Assembly (NCBI GenBank): GCA_052033715.1
Contig: JBPOJJ010000002.1
Coordinates: forward strand, 94,408 to 158,407
Length of the DNA stretch: 64,000 bases
Direction: 5' to 3'
Origin: Patescibacteria group bacterium
GTDB taxonomy: Bacteria; Patescibacteriota; Minisyncoccia; Phycocordibacterales; CSBR16-119
The first letter of the stretch is position 1. Each line of letters opens with the position of its first letter. A program made the translations under genes and the position numbers. Positions 36,481 to 46,447 of the stretch are shown piece after piece. The notes under the pieces were generated by a model. It saw nothing but the letters and a program-made list of their open reading frames with translations, had not been told where the DNA came from and made no database searches.

Positions 36481-37830
36481 ATGGTTGATAACAAGCAAAT
36501 TTGGGAAAGTTGTTTAGACGAGATCGAATCCTCTCTTTCCAGAGCCAATTTTGTCACCTGGTTTAAAAACACCAACCTTTCCAAGCAAGAAAACGGCACC
36601 GCCTACATAAGTGTTCCAAATGAATTTGTTAAAGATTGGTTAAACACCAAACACAAGACGACAATATTGGGCCTTCTTAGAAATTACTCTGACGGAATTC
36701 GAAGCGTTGAGTTTGTAATTTCCAAACTTTCAAACAAAAAGCCGGAGGGGGACACGGGCGGCGGAGATGGTTTTGTGGTCAACGAACTTCCACTAAAGAA
36801 TCTCTACGTCGACAAAAAAGATAACTTGAATCCTCGCTACACATTTGACTCTTTTGTGGTTGGCTCTTTTAACGAACTCGCTCACGCCGCCGCTCAATCT
36901 ATAGTCAAAAATCCAGGACACAACTATAATCCCTTCTTCATCTACGGACCAACGGGCCTTGGTAAGACCCACCTTATCCAGGCGATAGGGAACTCAATAA
37001 AAGAAAAGTTCCCAAACAAACAAATTCACTACATTCCTCTCGAGAAATTCGCCATCGATTATGTAAACGCTCTTCGAAACAATAAACCAAACGAATTTAA
37101 GCAAAAATACCGCAAATACGATGTCTTGATCATGGACGACGTCCAATTTATCTCTAACAAAGAAAAGACCCAGGAGGAGCTCTTCCACCTTTTCAACACC
37201 CTCCACGAAACCCAAAAGCAAATAATCTTCTCCTCGGACAAACACCCAAACCAAATCATCGGCCTTGAAGATCGTCTCAGAACCCGTTTTGGCCAAGGGA
37301 TGATTGTTGACATAACCGAGCCAGATATTGAATCTAGAACAGCAATTATTCGCTCTAAGCTCGACGAAAACAGCCTGACTTTATCAGACGAGGTGGTTGA
37401 GTATATTGCTACGGCCATTTCGGGAAGCGTCCGCGAGCTCGAAGGAAGTTTAAACACAGTAATTTGCCAGATTCAGCTCAAAAAAAGAGACTTGTCGGTT
37501 GTGGAGGTTAAAAAGTTGATAAAAAACAACATCAAGCCAGGTAAAAACGTATCGATTCAGAGTGTGGTCAAGACAATTAGTGACTTCTATGAGGTTGAGG
37601 AGGAAAACATATATGAAAAGACTCGCCGAAAAGAGATTGTCAAAGCCCGACAGCTTATTATGTACATCCTTCGAGAAGACTTCAATATCTCGTACCCATT
37701 AATTGGCCAGAAGCTTGGGGGTAAAGACCACACAACCGTCATCCACTCCTGCCTGAAAATCAAGAACGACCTAAAAGGGGACCAAAAACTTGTTCGAGAC
37801 CTTGAGCAGATACGAATGATGTTTAAATAG
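36481..37830 (+). CDS. dnaA: Chromosomal replication initiator DnaA
   Basis: AAA+ Walker A GPTGLGKTHL, sensor motifs, and C-terminal DNA-binding domain (RQLIMYILRE...GGKDHTTV). Confidence 0.95.
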   Translation: MVDNKQIWESCLDEIESSLSRANFVTWFKNTNLSKQENGTAYISVPNEFVKDWLNTKHKTTILGLLRNYSDGIRSVEFVISKLSNKKPEGDTGGGDGFVVNELPLKNLYVDKKDNLNPRYTFDSFVVGSFNELAHAAAQSIVKNPGHNYNPFFIYGPTGLGKTHLIQAIGNSIKEKFPNKQIHYIPLEKFAIDYVNALRNNKPNEFKQKYRKYDVLIMDDVQFISNKEKTQEELFHLFNTLHETQKQIIFSSDKHPNQIIGLEDRLRTRFGQGMIVDITEPDIESRTAIIRSKLDENSLTLSDEVVEYIATAISGSVRELEGSLNTVICQIQLKKRDLSVVEVKKLIKNNIKPGKNVSIQSVVKTISDFYEVEEENIYEKTRRKEIVKARQLIMYILREDFNISYPLIGQKLGGKDHTTVIHSCLKIKNDLKGDQKLVRDLEQIRMMFK

Positions 37831-38061
37831 TGTTAATAAGTTCTTTAAAAGTAGGTGGAAATTCTTGTGGAATAAAACTAGTAACTTTCAATAAAAAGCC
37901 CTCGCGTTAAAAACCTCGGGGTTGTCGGCGAAAGTTACCTTGTTTTACACACCAGGATTTAGTTGTTTTGTCAGATTTTAAAAGGGCGGATGAGACTTAT
38001 ACACAATATCAACAGGGCTAATAATAATAGTAAATTTTAAAGAGTAATAAAAAAGAAAAAC

Positions 38062-39162
38062 ATGAAAATAGAATGTTCGGTGGAAAAACTAAAAGACGCG
38101 GTTGGTAAGGCAGACAAGATCGTCGGTAAGACCTCCTCTCTAGAGAGCCTTAGGTCTATCCTCTTTATTGCTTCTGGTAATAGTTTGAAAATCCGTTCGA
38201 CAAACCTGTCTCTTGGTTTAGAGATCGAGATTCCGGCCAAAATAGAAGTTGAGGGCGAAGTCGTTGTCTCTGGCGAAGTGATAAACAACACATTGATGAA
38301 TCTTAGTGTTTCGGACAAGACTATACGACTCGAGAAAGTAAACGAAAACCTTTTTTTAAACAACAAGAAAACAGCCATAACAATTAAAAGCATTTCTTCT
38401 GAAGATTTTCCAACAATTCCGACGGTCGAAGGAGCTTCTTTTGAAATCGAAACAGAAAAATTCATAGACGGCATAAAGGCGGTATTTTATAGTTCAGCCA
38501 CAAGCGATATTAAGCCAGAAATTGCCAGTGTATATATATACTCCCAGGAAAACAATATCTTTTTTGTCTCGACCGATTCTTTTCGTTTAGCTGAAAAAAA
38601 TATTAGGACAAAAAAACCAGCAGAAGTCGAAGGTTTAATAATTCCTTTTAAAAATGTTTTAGAAATTATAAAACTTCTCTCGGACACAAAAGGGGACATG
38701 AGGGTTTATTACAACAAGAACCAGATTTCTTTTGTCAGTTCGGGTTTTTATCTAACATCTAGGCTTATCAACGGATCTTTTCCAGACTATCGCCAGATTG
38801 TGCCAAAAGAATACAAAACTCGCGCTGTGCTAATCAAGAAAGATTTTATAGAGGCCATCAGGCTCTCTAATGTCTTCTCAGACAAGTTTAATCAGATAAA
38901 ACTTATCATTGACCCAAAAGCTAAAAAACTCGAGGTCTACGCCCTAAACAAAGATGTAGGTGAAAACAAAACATTTGTTGATGGGGCACTTGAGGGAAAC
39001 GCTGTTGATATGAATTTAAATTACAAATATGTTCTTGATTGCTTCCAGTCCATAAACGAAGATTCTGTTGTGCTTGAAATGAATGAAGTAAACCGGCCGA
39101 TGGTCATAAAAGGCAACGGAGATAAGACGTTTTTATACTTAATTATGCCGATGAATCGCTAA
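38062..39162 (+). CDS. dnaN: DNA polymerase III beta sliding clamp
   Basis: 366 aa, three-domain clamp layout, located immediately after dnaA. Confidence 0.85.
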   Translation: MKIECSVEKLKDAVGKADKIVGKTSSLESLRSILFIASGNSLKIRSTNLSLGLEIEIPAKIEVEGEVVVSGEVINNTLMNLSVSDKTIRLEKVNENLFLNNKKTAITIKSISSEDFPTIPTVEGASFEIETEKFIDGIKAVFYSSATSDIKPEIASVYIYSQENNIFFVSTDSFRLAEKNIRTKKPAEVEGLIIPFKNVLEIIKLLSDTKGDMRVYYNKNQISFVSSGFYLTSRLINGSFPDYRQIVPKEYKTRAVLIKKDFIEAIRLSNVFSDKFNQIKLIIDPKAKKLEVYALNKDVGENKTFVDGALEGNAVDMNLNYKYVLDCFQSINEDSVVLEMNEVNRPMVIKGNGDKTFLYLIMPMNR

Positions 39163-39172
39163 CATAAAACAC

Positions 39173-39433
39173 ATGACAGTAAACATCTCTCAGTTTTTAG
39201 ATATCTTCAAGCAGGCTATTTCGGGTAACGAAAATTTTAAAGAAACCATTTGCGCCGTTGTGTTGGAAACAATAAAATTCCCAATAGAAAAGGGCGCGAT
39301 TTCTTTCAAGAACCAAAATATTTACCTTAAAACCGACCCCTATATCAAAACAGAAATAAAATTACACAAAGAAAAAATTTTAGAGAAGCTAAAAATTGCT
39401 TTCCCTGGAAAAATAATCAAAGATATTTTTTAA
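39173..39433 (+). CDS. Small protein, possibly DUF721/DciA-like (helicase-loader antecedent)
   Basis: 86 aa directly downstream of dnaN. Weak similarity in layout to DUF721. Assignment tentative. Confidence 0.3.
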   Translation: MTVNISQFLDIFKQAISGNENFKETICAVVLETIKFPIEKGAISFKNQNIYLKTDPYIKTEIKLHKEKILEKLKIAFPGKIIKDIF

Positions 39434-41952
39434 ATATCAACGATAAATTCTGCGGTTGCCTCAGCTTTATTGTAGACCTCGTCGCGAAGGATCACTTTTA
39501 TTTCATTAATATCTCCAATGTTTTCAATGTCTCTGGGGACAAAAGAGAAATTAAACGGTGCAGAATTTTTTGTCGCTAAATAGGTGTCGTTAATAAAGAC
39601 GTCAACCGAGCGCACGTCGAAGTGGGAGGTGTAATCAATTCGAATATCGACTGATTGGTTGGCGTCGTAAGTTTCGCCAGCTTCAGGGTTCTCGATTAAA
39701 ACTTCTGGCTGAGTGTTTTCGGTGTGAATGTCGTCGTAGTCGCTTGGAATTTCTGAGTCACCAACTAAATTATATTTACTTTTGTTCTGTTCCCACCAAT
39801 TCTGTGTCGCGGTTTCCCAGTTCATGTATTGTTGGTTTGTTTGTGGTCCGGGTGCGGCACCTAAAATATCGTCGCGGTCAATCCAATAAAGTGTCGAATG
39901 GATATTCCCCGGCACGAGCTCTTTCTTTGTTTCCTCTGGCGTAAGGTCTGTGGCGAGCTTTCCAGAAATCGTGTCAATGAATACCGACTCTCCTCCTTGC
40001 CAAACTCCACGCAAAACAGGCTTCAGGCTCAAATCAGTATTGATTTCCGGAGTATTGAAAGAATCGCGAGGGATTTTCTTGAGCGCCACGTCCATGAATT
40101 CTCTCCAAAGATGTCCGGAGATTGCCGAACCTTTTTTCATTGGGGTGTTGTCGTTGTTTCCAGACCAGACGCCAACAGTAATATTTGGTGTGTAGCCCAT
40201 CATCCAAGCATCCTTATTGTTGTTGGTTGTACCGGTCTTGCCAGCCACAGAAACATTTCCAAAATAAGCGAATGAGTTGGCGCCGAAAAGTGGTGTTCTG
40301 GCGACGTTGTCAGACAAAACATCAGAAATTTGTCGTGCCACATTTTCTTCCAACACTCTTTGGCCACCCCTAGGTTGAAATTCTTCTAAAACTTTACCCG
40401 ATGCGTCCTCGACACGCAGCACTGCTTGTGGCTCGTAACGGATACCTTCTGTTGCGAATACTCCATAAGCTGAAGTCATATCAAGCAAGCTAACCTCACC
40501 ACCTCCCAAGACGAGCGTAAGTCCGTAAGTGTTTGGATCGCGAAGGGTTGTGATTCCCATATTTTTAGCGGTCTTTAAAGAGTCGGCGATTTTAGTTAAA
40601 TATAGAAGCTGAACTGCCGGCACGTTTCTCGATTGCGCTAGAGCGTTTCTTAGGCTCACTGGCCCAATATAGGCGTTGTCGTAGTTGCTTGGGCTATAAC
40701 AGTTTTCTTGAGGACCTGTTTTGGCGCGGCCATAGGGATCACAAGTTGATTGAAATTCGGTTGGTACATCAAAAAGTACTGAGTTTGGAGTGAAGCCTTT
40801 GGCGAAAGCCGTGGCATAGATAAATGGCTTGAAGGACGAACCTGGTTGGCGTTTAGCTAGGGCAATATTGAACTTACCGTCAATTTCTTTGTCAAAATAA
40901 TCACGTGATCCTACCATGGTGAGAATTTCTCCGGTGTTTGGGTCGATCGCGACAAGCGAGGCGTTAGATGCGTCCCAGGCTTTGTCGTTTTCCAGGGCGT
41001 TTTTCAAAACAATGTCTTCGGCTTTTTCTTGTAGCTCGTAATCTAGGGTCGAAATAACTTTTAGACCCCCAGACTCAACCGCCTGAACGCCGTATTTCTC
41101 TTCCAAATAGTCTTTGATATAGAAAACAAAGTGTGGCGCCTTGATGCCAAGTTTGTCTTGGGTTTGAAATTCTACAAGCTCGACTTTGGCCGCGTCGCGT
41201 TCTTCCTCGGTAATAAATCCAAGTTTAGCCATTCTGTCTAAAACAAGATTTTTTCTGGCCTCCAGAAGATCGACCTTTGATCCATAAGGAGAATAACGGG
41301 TCGGGGCCTGGGGAATGGCTGCCAAATAAGCTGATTCAGCCAAAGTTAGGTCGATTGGTTTTTTGGCAAAAAAGGCCGAGGTTGCTTCGCTAATGCCATA
41401 AATACTTCCGCCGTATGGCGCGTCGTTTAGGTAGACTTCTAAAATTTCATCCTTCGTCATTTCCTTGTTGACTTTCAGGGCCAAGAAAATTTCTTTAATT
41501 TTACGAGAGATGGCCTTGTCTGTTGTTAAGAGGGAGTTTTTAACAATCTGCTGGGTGATTGTTGATCCGCCTTGAGAGTAAGATCCAGATCGAATGTTGA
41601 CCAAAATAGCGCGAACAATGGAACGCAAGCTAACACCGCTATTCGTGTAGAAAGTGTCGTCTTCGATGGCGACCGTCGCTTGTGTAATTCTTTCACCCAT
41701 TTGATCGAATGGAATAAGCGTTCTTTTCTTGTCTTGGTGGATATCATAAAGAACGATTTCTCCGGTCTTGTCATAGATTTTAGTCGAACTGTCGATTCGA
41801 CGCTCATCAAAAGACTTAAAATCTGGAACCTTGAGTGTGGTTACCCAGATAACAATAATACCCAAAAAAACGACGCCAACGGATCCTCCAACGATCGCAA
41901 CATTGAGCCAAAAATGCTTGTGGCGGTGAAAGAATTTCTTTAGTTTGTCCAT
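39430..41952 (-). CDS. Class A penicillin-binding protein (PBP1A: transglycosylase + transpeptidase) with C-terminal beta-sandwich extension
   Basis: N-terminal TM. GT51 motifs (EDDTFYTNSGVS, GGSTITQQ). Transpeptidase SxxK (SSFKP), SxN and KTGT motifs. Confidence 0.9.
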   Translation of the reverse strand: MDKLKKFFHRHKHFWLNVAIVGGSVGVVFLGIIVIWVTTLKVPDFKSFDERRIDSSTKIYDKTGEIVLYDIHQDKKRTLIPFDQMGERITQATVAIEDDTFYTNSGVSLRSIVRAILVNIRSGSYSQGGSTITQQIVKNSLLTTDKAISRKIKEIFLALKVNKEMTKDEILEVYLNDAPYGGSIYGISEATSAFFAKKPIDLTLAESAYLAAIPQAPTRYSPYGSKVDLLEARKNLVLDRMAKLGFITEEERDAAKVELVEFQTQDKLGIKAPHFVFYIKDYLEEKYGVQAVESGGLKVISTLDYELQEKAEDIVLKNALENDKAWDASNASLVAIDPNTGEILTMVGSRDYFDKEIDGKFNIALAKRQPGSSFKPFIYATAFAKGFTPNSVLFDVPTEFQSTCDPYGRAKTGPQENCYSPSNYDNAYIGPVSLRNALAQSRNVPAVQLLYLTKIADSLKTAKNMGITTLRDPNTYGLTLVLGGGEVSLLDMTSAYGVFATEGIRYEPQAVLRVEDASGKVLEEFQPRGGQRVLEENVARQISDVLSDNVARTPLFGANSFAYFGNVSVAGKTGTTNNNKDAWMMGYTPNITVGVWSGNNDNTPMKKGSAISGHLWREFMDVALKKIPRDSFNTPEINTDLSLKPVLRGVWQGGESVFIDTISGKLATDLTPEETKKELVPGNIHSTLYWIDRDDILGAAPGPQTNQQYMNWETATQNWWEQNKSKYNLVGDSEIPSDYDDIHTENTQPEVLIENPEAGETYDANQSVDIRIDYTSHFDVRSVDVFINDTYLATKNSAPFNFSFVPRDIENIGDINEIKVILRDEVYNKAEATAEFIVDI

Positions 41953-42008
41953 ATGGATTTAATACTAGCAGGTTTTTGATTTCCTCCCAAAAGTGATAAA
42001 GTATTCTA

Positions 42009-43202
42009 ATGCAGGTAAATAATGACGTGGCAAAGATAGACGAATTACTCTCGCGTGGCGTCGAGGAAATTATTGACGTGAAAGACTTGCGTGAGAAGCT
42101 TTTGTCGGGTAAAAAGCTCCGTGTTAAGCTCGGTATTGATCCGACGAGTCCGAATGTTCACCTGGGTCGTTCGATTCCACTTATAAAGCTTCGTGATTTT
42201 CAAGATCTTGGGCACCAGATTGTTTTCATTGTCGGAGATTTTACTGGAGTTATTGGCGATACTTCTGACAAAGATTCCGAGCGACCAATGTTGACCGCAA
42301 AAACAATCAAAGAAAATCTTAAAGACTACAAAAAACAAATTGGCAAGCTTATCAACGTTAGTAAGGCCGAATTTAAATTCAATAGTAAGTGGTTGAAGAA
42401 ACTGGACTACTTGGATATTTGCGAACAAGCTAATCTTTTCTCAATCAATCAATTTTCTTCACGCGACAATATTCGCAGGCGACTAGACGAAGGAAAAAGA
42501 GTTTCGCTTCGCGAAATGTTGTACCCGCTCATGCAAGGATATGATTCTGTGGCAGTAAAAGCAGACGTTGAGCTTGGTGGGACTGATCAGAAATTCAATC
42601 TACTTGCCGGACGTGACTTGCAAAAGCATTTTGGCCAGACTCCGCAGAATATTCTCATGAATCCGCTCGTGGAAGGCTTGGACGGCAGGAAGATGAGTTC
42701 TAGTTGGGGTAACACAGTTAATTTTCTTGACGACGCAAATGAGATGTTCGGCAAGATAATGTCGATGAAAGATGAATTCGTTGTTAAGTATTTCGAACTC
42801 CTGACCCGTGTGCCGCTTTCACAAATTTCTGAATACCGAAAAGCGCTTGAAAATGGCGAGAACCCGAAAAATATTAAAGTGATTTTGGCCAAAACTATTG
42901 TCACAATGTATCACTCACAAAAAGACGCAGATAAAGCAGCAGGGGCCTGGGAAGAAACTTTTTCCAAAGGCGGAATTCCAACAGATGTCGAAGAGGTGAG
43001 TGTCGCGAGCGGAACAAAATTAAAAAGTGTTTTGGTAGAAAATAAAATCGTCGAATCAAATTCTGAATTCTCCAGACTTCTGTCTGTGGGTGCGATAAAG
43101 AATGCCGAGACCGAAGAAAAGATTATGTCAGATATAGAAATCACAGAGAATCAAATACTTAAAGTCGGGAAGAGGAGGTTTGTAAAAATAATTCTTAAAT
43201 AA
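42009..43202 (+). CDS. tyrS: Tyrosyl-tRNA synthetase
   Basis: HIGH-region GIDPTSPNVHLGRSIPL. KMSKS as KMSSSWG. C-terminal S4-like domain. Confidence 0.9.
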   Translation: MQVNNDVAKIDELLSRGVEEIIDVKDLREKLLSGKKLRVKLGIDPTSPNVHLGRSIPLIKLRDFQDLGHQIVFIVGDFTGVIGDTSDKDSERPMLTAKTIKENLKDYKKQIGKLINVSKAEFKFNSKWLKKLDYLDICEQANLFSINQFSSRDNIRRRLDEGKRVSLREMLYPLMQGYDSVAVKADVELGGTDQKFNLLAGRDLQKHFGQTPQNILMNPLVEGLDGRKMSSSWGNTVNFLDDANEMFGKIMSMKDEFVVKYFELLTRVPLSQISEYRKALENGENPKNIKVILAKTIVTMYHSQKDADKAAGAWEETFSKGGIPTDVEEVSVASGTKLKSVLVENKIVESNSEFSRLLSVGAIKNAETEEKIMSDIEITENQILKVGKRRFVKIILK

Positions 43203-43205
43203 AAT

Positions 43206-43232
43206 CAAAAACCGCCGAGATGGCGGTTTTTG
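43206..43232. terminator. Bidirectional rho-independent terminator
   Basis: AAAAACCGCCGAGATGGCGGTTTTT between convergent tyrS and the acidic small ORF. Confidence 0.7.
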
Positions 43233-43239
43233 ATTTGGC

Positions 43240-43443
43240 CTAGGCCCACTCGTCTGATTTGTAGTCTTCAAGAGGATTATAGCTGACTTCGTCGTCATCG
43301 TCTGCGTCGTCTTCATCTTCGTCATTAGCCAACTCGTCGTCTTCCGGAAGGAAAGTTTCTGGATCGAGCTCTTTGTCAGAGCCGAAATCGTCTTCTAGTT
43401 CGCTCGCGAATATTCCTGATGAATATAGATCGTCACTTTGCAT
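43240..43443 (-). CDS. Highly acidic small protein (67 aa, ~45% D/E)
   Basis: MQSDDLYSSGIFASELEDDFGSDKELDPETFLPEDDELANDEDEDDADDDDEV... No family recognised. Confidence 0.4.
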   Translation of the reverse strand: MQSDDLYSSGIFASELEDDFGSDKELDPETFLPEDDELANDEDEDDADDDDEVSYNPLEDYKSDEWA

Positions 43444-43575
43444 CGTTTTAAAAAATTATTTGTTAAGTTATGCATAGTTTTAACAAATCCATTTTTCCTT
43501 TGCAAGAGTTTTGAAATTCCACTGTGGATTATGGAATTTAGCAAGTCGTAAGTAGTAAGTTGTAAGTCGGGACGA

Positions 43576-44055
43576 TTACAAACGGGTCGTGGCGAATCCG
43601 GTAATGGCGACAGCAATCGCATCCACCTCATCATCTTGTTTGACTGTTTTCGGTAGCTCTATGAGTTTCGAGACCATGGTGTGTACTTGGATTTTTGTCG
43701 CTTTGCCATAACCCGTAACGGCATTTTTGATTTGGAGCGGTGTGTATTCCAAAATTTCTAAACCAGCATTTTTGGCCACGAAAATAATTGCACCGCGCGC
43801 TTCAGAGACGCCCATGGCTGTTTTTTGATTATTCTCAAAAAATAATTTTTCAATAGCCAACTTTTCCGGTTTGTATTTTTTGATCACCGATTCCACTTCA
43901 GCGCCAAGTAAGAAAATGCGTTCGGGGAGGGGGAGTTTCCCAGAAGTTTTGAAGCAGTTCGAATACAAAAGAACTTCTTTTTTATCTCCTTTATTTTTTT
44001 CCAAGACCGCGATGCCGATGCGTTCGTAGCCAGGGTCAATGCCAATGATTATCAT
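43576..44055 (-). CDS. ruvC: Holliday junction resolvase RuvC
   Basis: MIIIGIDPGYERIGIAVLE... RNase H-fold resolvase motifs. Confidence 0.85.
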   Translation of the reverse strand: MIIIGIDPGYERIGIAVLEKNKGDKKEVLLYSNCFKTSGKLPLPERIFLLGAEVESVIKKYKPEKLAIEKLFFENNQKTAMGVSEARGAIIFVAKNAGLEILEYTPLQIKNAVTGYGKATKIQVHTMVSKLIELPKTVKQDDEVDAIAVAITGFATTRL

Positions 44056-44113
44056 TCTAATAGTTTACAGGCTTTAGTCACCAGAGGCCAGTTAATATTG
44101 ACTTTTTGTTTAT

Positions 44114-44506
44114 TTGTGTTATGTTAAGGGCCAACCTGACAAGCACATGAAAAACATCGTATTGGTCGTCCCGCACCCGTTGATATCGGCAACCTTCCAG
44201 GATGTTCTTGGGCTCAAGGATCATTGCTTTTTACGGGCAACGACCGCTCAAGAGTTCCGTACGATCGTGGAGCTCTTGGACCCGGCACTGCCTGACTTGG
44301 TCGCTATGACAAGCGATGCATCGGATCCCGTGATCAAGGCCGTTGTTGATGGGTGGCCAGCCTTGCACGAGCGCATGGTGATCATGGCTATGGATCCTGC
44401 GGTCGCTTTTGACATGGTGCCATTGGTGTCTGTTCCCGTTCTTCCTAGGAGCAATGATCGATACAGCGACTTCTTCAAGAAGTGTCGTGAGATCCTTGGC
44501 GAGTAG
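44114..44506 (+). CDS. Hypothetical protein, GC-rich (~52%), possibly degenerate receiver-like fold; start may be internal Met (44147)
   Basis: Strong terminator at 44524-44558 (GCCGAAGCCCCCATCTCGGGGGCTTCGC + T-run). Interrupts the usual ruvC-yebC adjacency on the opposite strand. Confidence 0.45.
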   Translation: MCYVKGQPDKHMKNIVLVVPHPLISATFQDVLGLKDHCFLRATTAQEFRTIVELLDPALPDLVAMTSDASDPVIKAVVDGWPALHERMVIMAMDPAVAFDMVPLVSVPVLPRSNDRYSDFFKKCREILGE

Positions 44507-44556
44507 TAGAACTGCTCGCAAAAGCCGAAGCCCCCATCTCGGGGGCTTCGCTATTT

Positions 44557-45072
44557 TTATCCCGCGCTTGTATAAACATCTTGGATGTCGTCACGGTCTT
44601 CGAGTGCTTCGACGAGAGCCGACAATTTTTCCGAATCTTCTTCGGATAGTTCTGTTTTCATGTTTGCCACCCAGTCGCCTTCGGCACTCTTTGTAAAATT
44701 CCAAGCGACTGATCCAACACCACCCAAACTTGTTCCGTGTGTGTCGAGGAGATGTCTAAGTTCCTGACTACTCCTGTTGATGCTGTCGGTAAGTCCGGTC
44801 GCGAGAATTCCCACGCCACCTGGTCCATAAAATTCAAAAAGTATTGGTGTCATCTCTGCGCCGTCGGTTTTCTTTATCGCGCGTTCGATGTTTTCACTGG
44901 GCATATTTTCCTTTCGCGCTTTTTCAATCGCGGCTTTGAGTCCAGGAGAACCGAGGTTACCACCGGCCTTTTTTGCTTCCATAGAAATTAATTTTGCTAA
45001 TTTAGAAAAAACCTTCGCTTTTTTGGCGTTATTGTCCGCCATCTTTCCTAGTTTTTTGTGTGTTGATCCCAT
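44557..45072 (-). CDS. yebC: YebC/PmpR-family probable transcriptional regulator (short, 171 aa)
   Basis: N-terminal domain matches YebC (KAKVFSKLAKLISMEAKKAGGNLGSPGLKAAIEKARKENMPSENIERAIKK). Classical neighbourhood with ruvC/ruvB. Confidence 0.7.
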   Translation of the reverse strand: MGSTHKKLGKMADNNAKKAKVFSKLAKLISMEAKKAGGNLGSPGLKAAIEKARKENMPSENIERAIKKTDGAEMTPILFEFYGPGGVGILATGLTDSINRSSQELRHLLDTHGTSLGGVGSVAWNFTKSAEGDWVANMKTELSEEDSEKLSALVEALEDRDDIQDVYTSAG

Positions 45073-45073
45073 G

Positions 45074-46036
45074 TTATTTTTTTATACCCAAGTGTCCGTA
45101 AGCTTTGTCTGTGGCCACTCTTCCACGAGGTGTGCGTTCGATAAATCCGAGTTGTAGTAAATACGGTTCGATGACTTCTTCAATCGTCGCTTCTTCTTCG
45201 GATGTGGCGGCAGCGAGAGTGCCGAGACCAACTGGTCCGCCGTTGAATTTTTCTATAAGTGCCCGGAGAACACTTCGGTCGGTTTCAAAAAGTCCCATTT
45301 CATCGACGCCGAGAAGTTCCAGTGCCTTTTTCACATTTTCTGAATTCATATCTGCCTTGTTAACCTGCGCGTAATCACGAGCGCGTTTTAGGAAATAATT
45401 CGCTGTACGAGGAGTGAAACGACTTCGCTTTGCGATTTCTTTGATTGCCTCGGTTTCAGAGTCGACGTTCAATATCTTGCTTGAGCGTGCGAGAATCCTT
45501 TCCATTTCTTCATTCGTATAAAATTCAAGCCGATGAATTCCTCCCGAGAATCGTGAACGAAGTGGCGCTGACATCATGGCCGGACGAGTAGTGGCCGCGA
45601 TGAGGGTAAATGGAGGGAGGTCGAGCTGAATCGTTCTTGCCGACGGACCTTTGCCGATGATGATATCGAGAACGCCAGACTCCATAGCAGGGTAGAGGAT
45701 TTCCTCGACCATTTTGTTTAGGCGATGTATTTCATCGATGAAGAGGATGTCGCCGGACGAGAGGTTGGTCAGAATTGAAGCCAGGTCACCAACTTTTTCA
45801 ATTGCGGGGCCGGAAGTAATTTTAATTTGTCGGCCAGATTCTTTGGCGATCAAATGTGCGAGCGTGGTCTTACCAAGTCCAGCCGGTCCATGAAATAAAA
45901 TATGTTCGGGCGCGTGATTGCGCTCTTCGGCCGCTTGAATCAAGATCTTCAAGTTCTTTTTTATTTTCTCCTGACCGATGTATTCGTCCCATGTGCCAGG
46001 GCGGAGTTGGTTGTCGAGAAAGATGTCATTTTCCAT
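45074..46036 (-). CDS. ruvB: Holliday junction branch-migration helicase RuvB
   Basis: Walker [13 protein letters not shown], Walker [14 protein letters not shown]+ plus winged-helix C-terminus. Confidence 0.9.
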   Translation of the reverse strand: MENDIFLDNQLRPGTWDEYIGQEKIKKNLKILIQAAEERNHAPEHILFHGPAGLGKTTLAHLIAKESGRQIKITSGPAIEKVGDLASILTNLSSGDILFIDEIHRLNKMVEEILYPAMESGVLDIIIGKGPSARTIQLDLPPFTLIAATTRPAMMSAPLRSRFSGGIHRLEFYTNEEMERILARSSKILNVDSETEAIKEIAKRSRFTPRTANYFLKRARDYAQVNKADMNSENVKKALELLGVDEMGLFETDRSVLRALIEKFNGGPVGLGTLAAATSEEEATIEEVIEPYLLQLGFIERTPRGRVATDKAYGHLGIKK

Positions 46037-46084
46037 AATTTTATTTGGGGGCCGTGTTCCTCCGTAGCTTTATGCGAAGGGGGA

Positions 46085-46113
46085 TTGACAAACGTATTTA
46101 AAAATGTTATATA
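46085..46113 (+). promoter_or_regulatory. Sigma70-like promoter (TTGACA-17nt-TATATA)
   Basis: TTGACA at 46085-46090, 17-nt spacer, TATATA at 46108-46113. Reads into the candidate structured RNA. Confidence 0.5.
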
Positions 46114-46119
46114 TAAGCG

Positions 46120-46393
46120 CGTTAGGTATAAATTTAAACGTTTATCTCTCACAGTATAGCATTTTTGAAAAATATCGGTTTAGGGGCTTTACAAGAATTT
46201 TGAGGGTGTTATATTTATCACCCAAGCAGAAAGAGCCCTTTAACCTCTAAGTAATCGGGCACAGTTCATATGGTTTCAAAGAGGACGTCATGGTTACCAC
46301 TTCGGTGGAGTTACTGCGACTATCCTTCGCGATTTCATTACTTTTGGTTTTCAATCAAAAGGATTATTTAGAGGTTAAAGGGCTTTTTATTTG
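46120..46393 (+). ncRNA. Candidate structured ncRNA (~270 nt): long imperfect helix closed by a 16-bp stem, UUCG-capped apical hairpin, ends in T-run
   Basis: GCCCTTTAACCTCTAA (46235-46250) pairs with TTAGAGGTTAAAGGGC (46368-46383), followed by TTTTTATTTG. Interior has GGTTACCACTTCGGTGGAGTTACT. No ORF, own promoter. Class unknown (6S-like?). Confidence 0.35.
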
Positions 46394-46447
46394 CAAAAAA
46401 ACGAGGAAGTGATAGTTTGAATAACGAACACACCTAACACCACTTTC

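Noticed and set aside
43444-43575. GTAAGT x3 mini-tandem and TGTGGATTA DnaA-box-like word in the ruvC upstream spacer
   Set aside because: Too short and degenerate to call a repeat element or DnaA site. Noted only.
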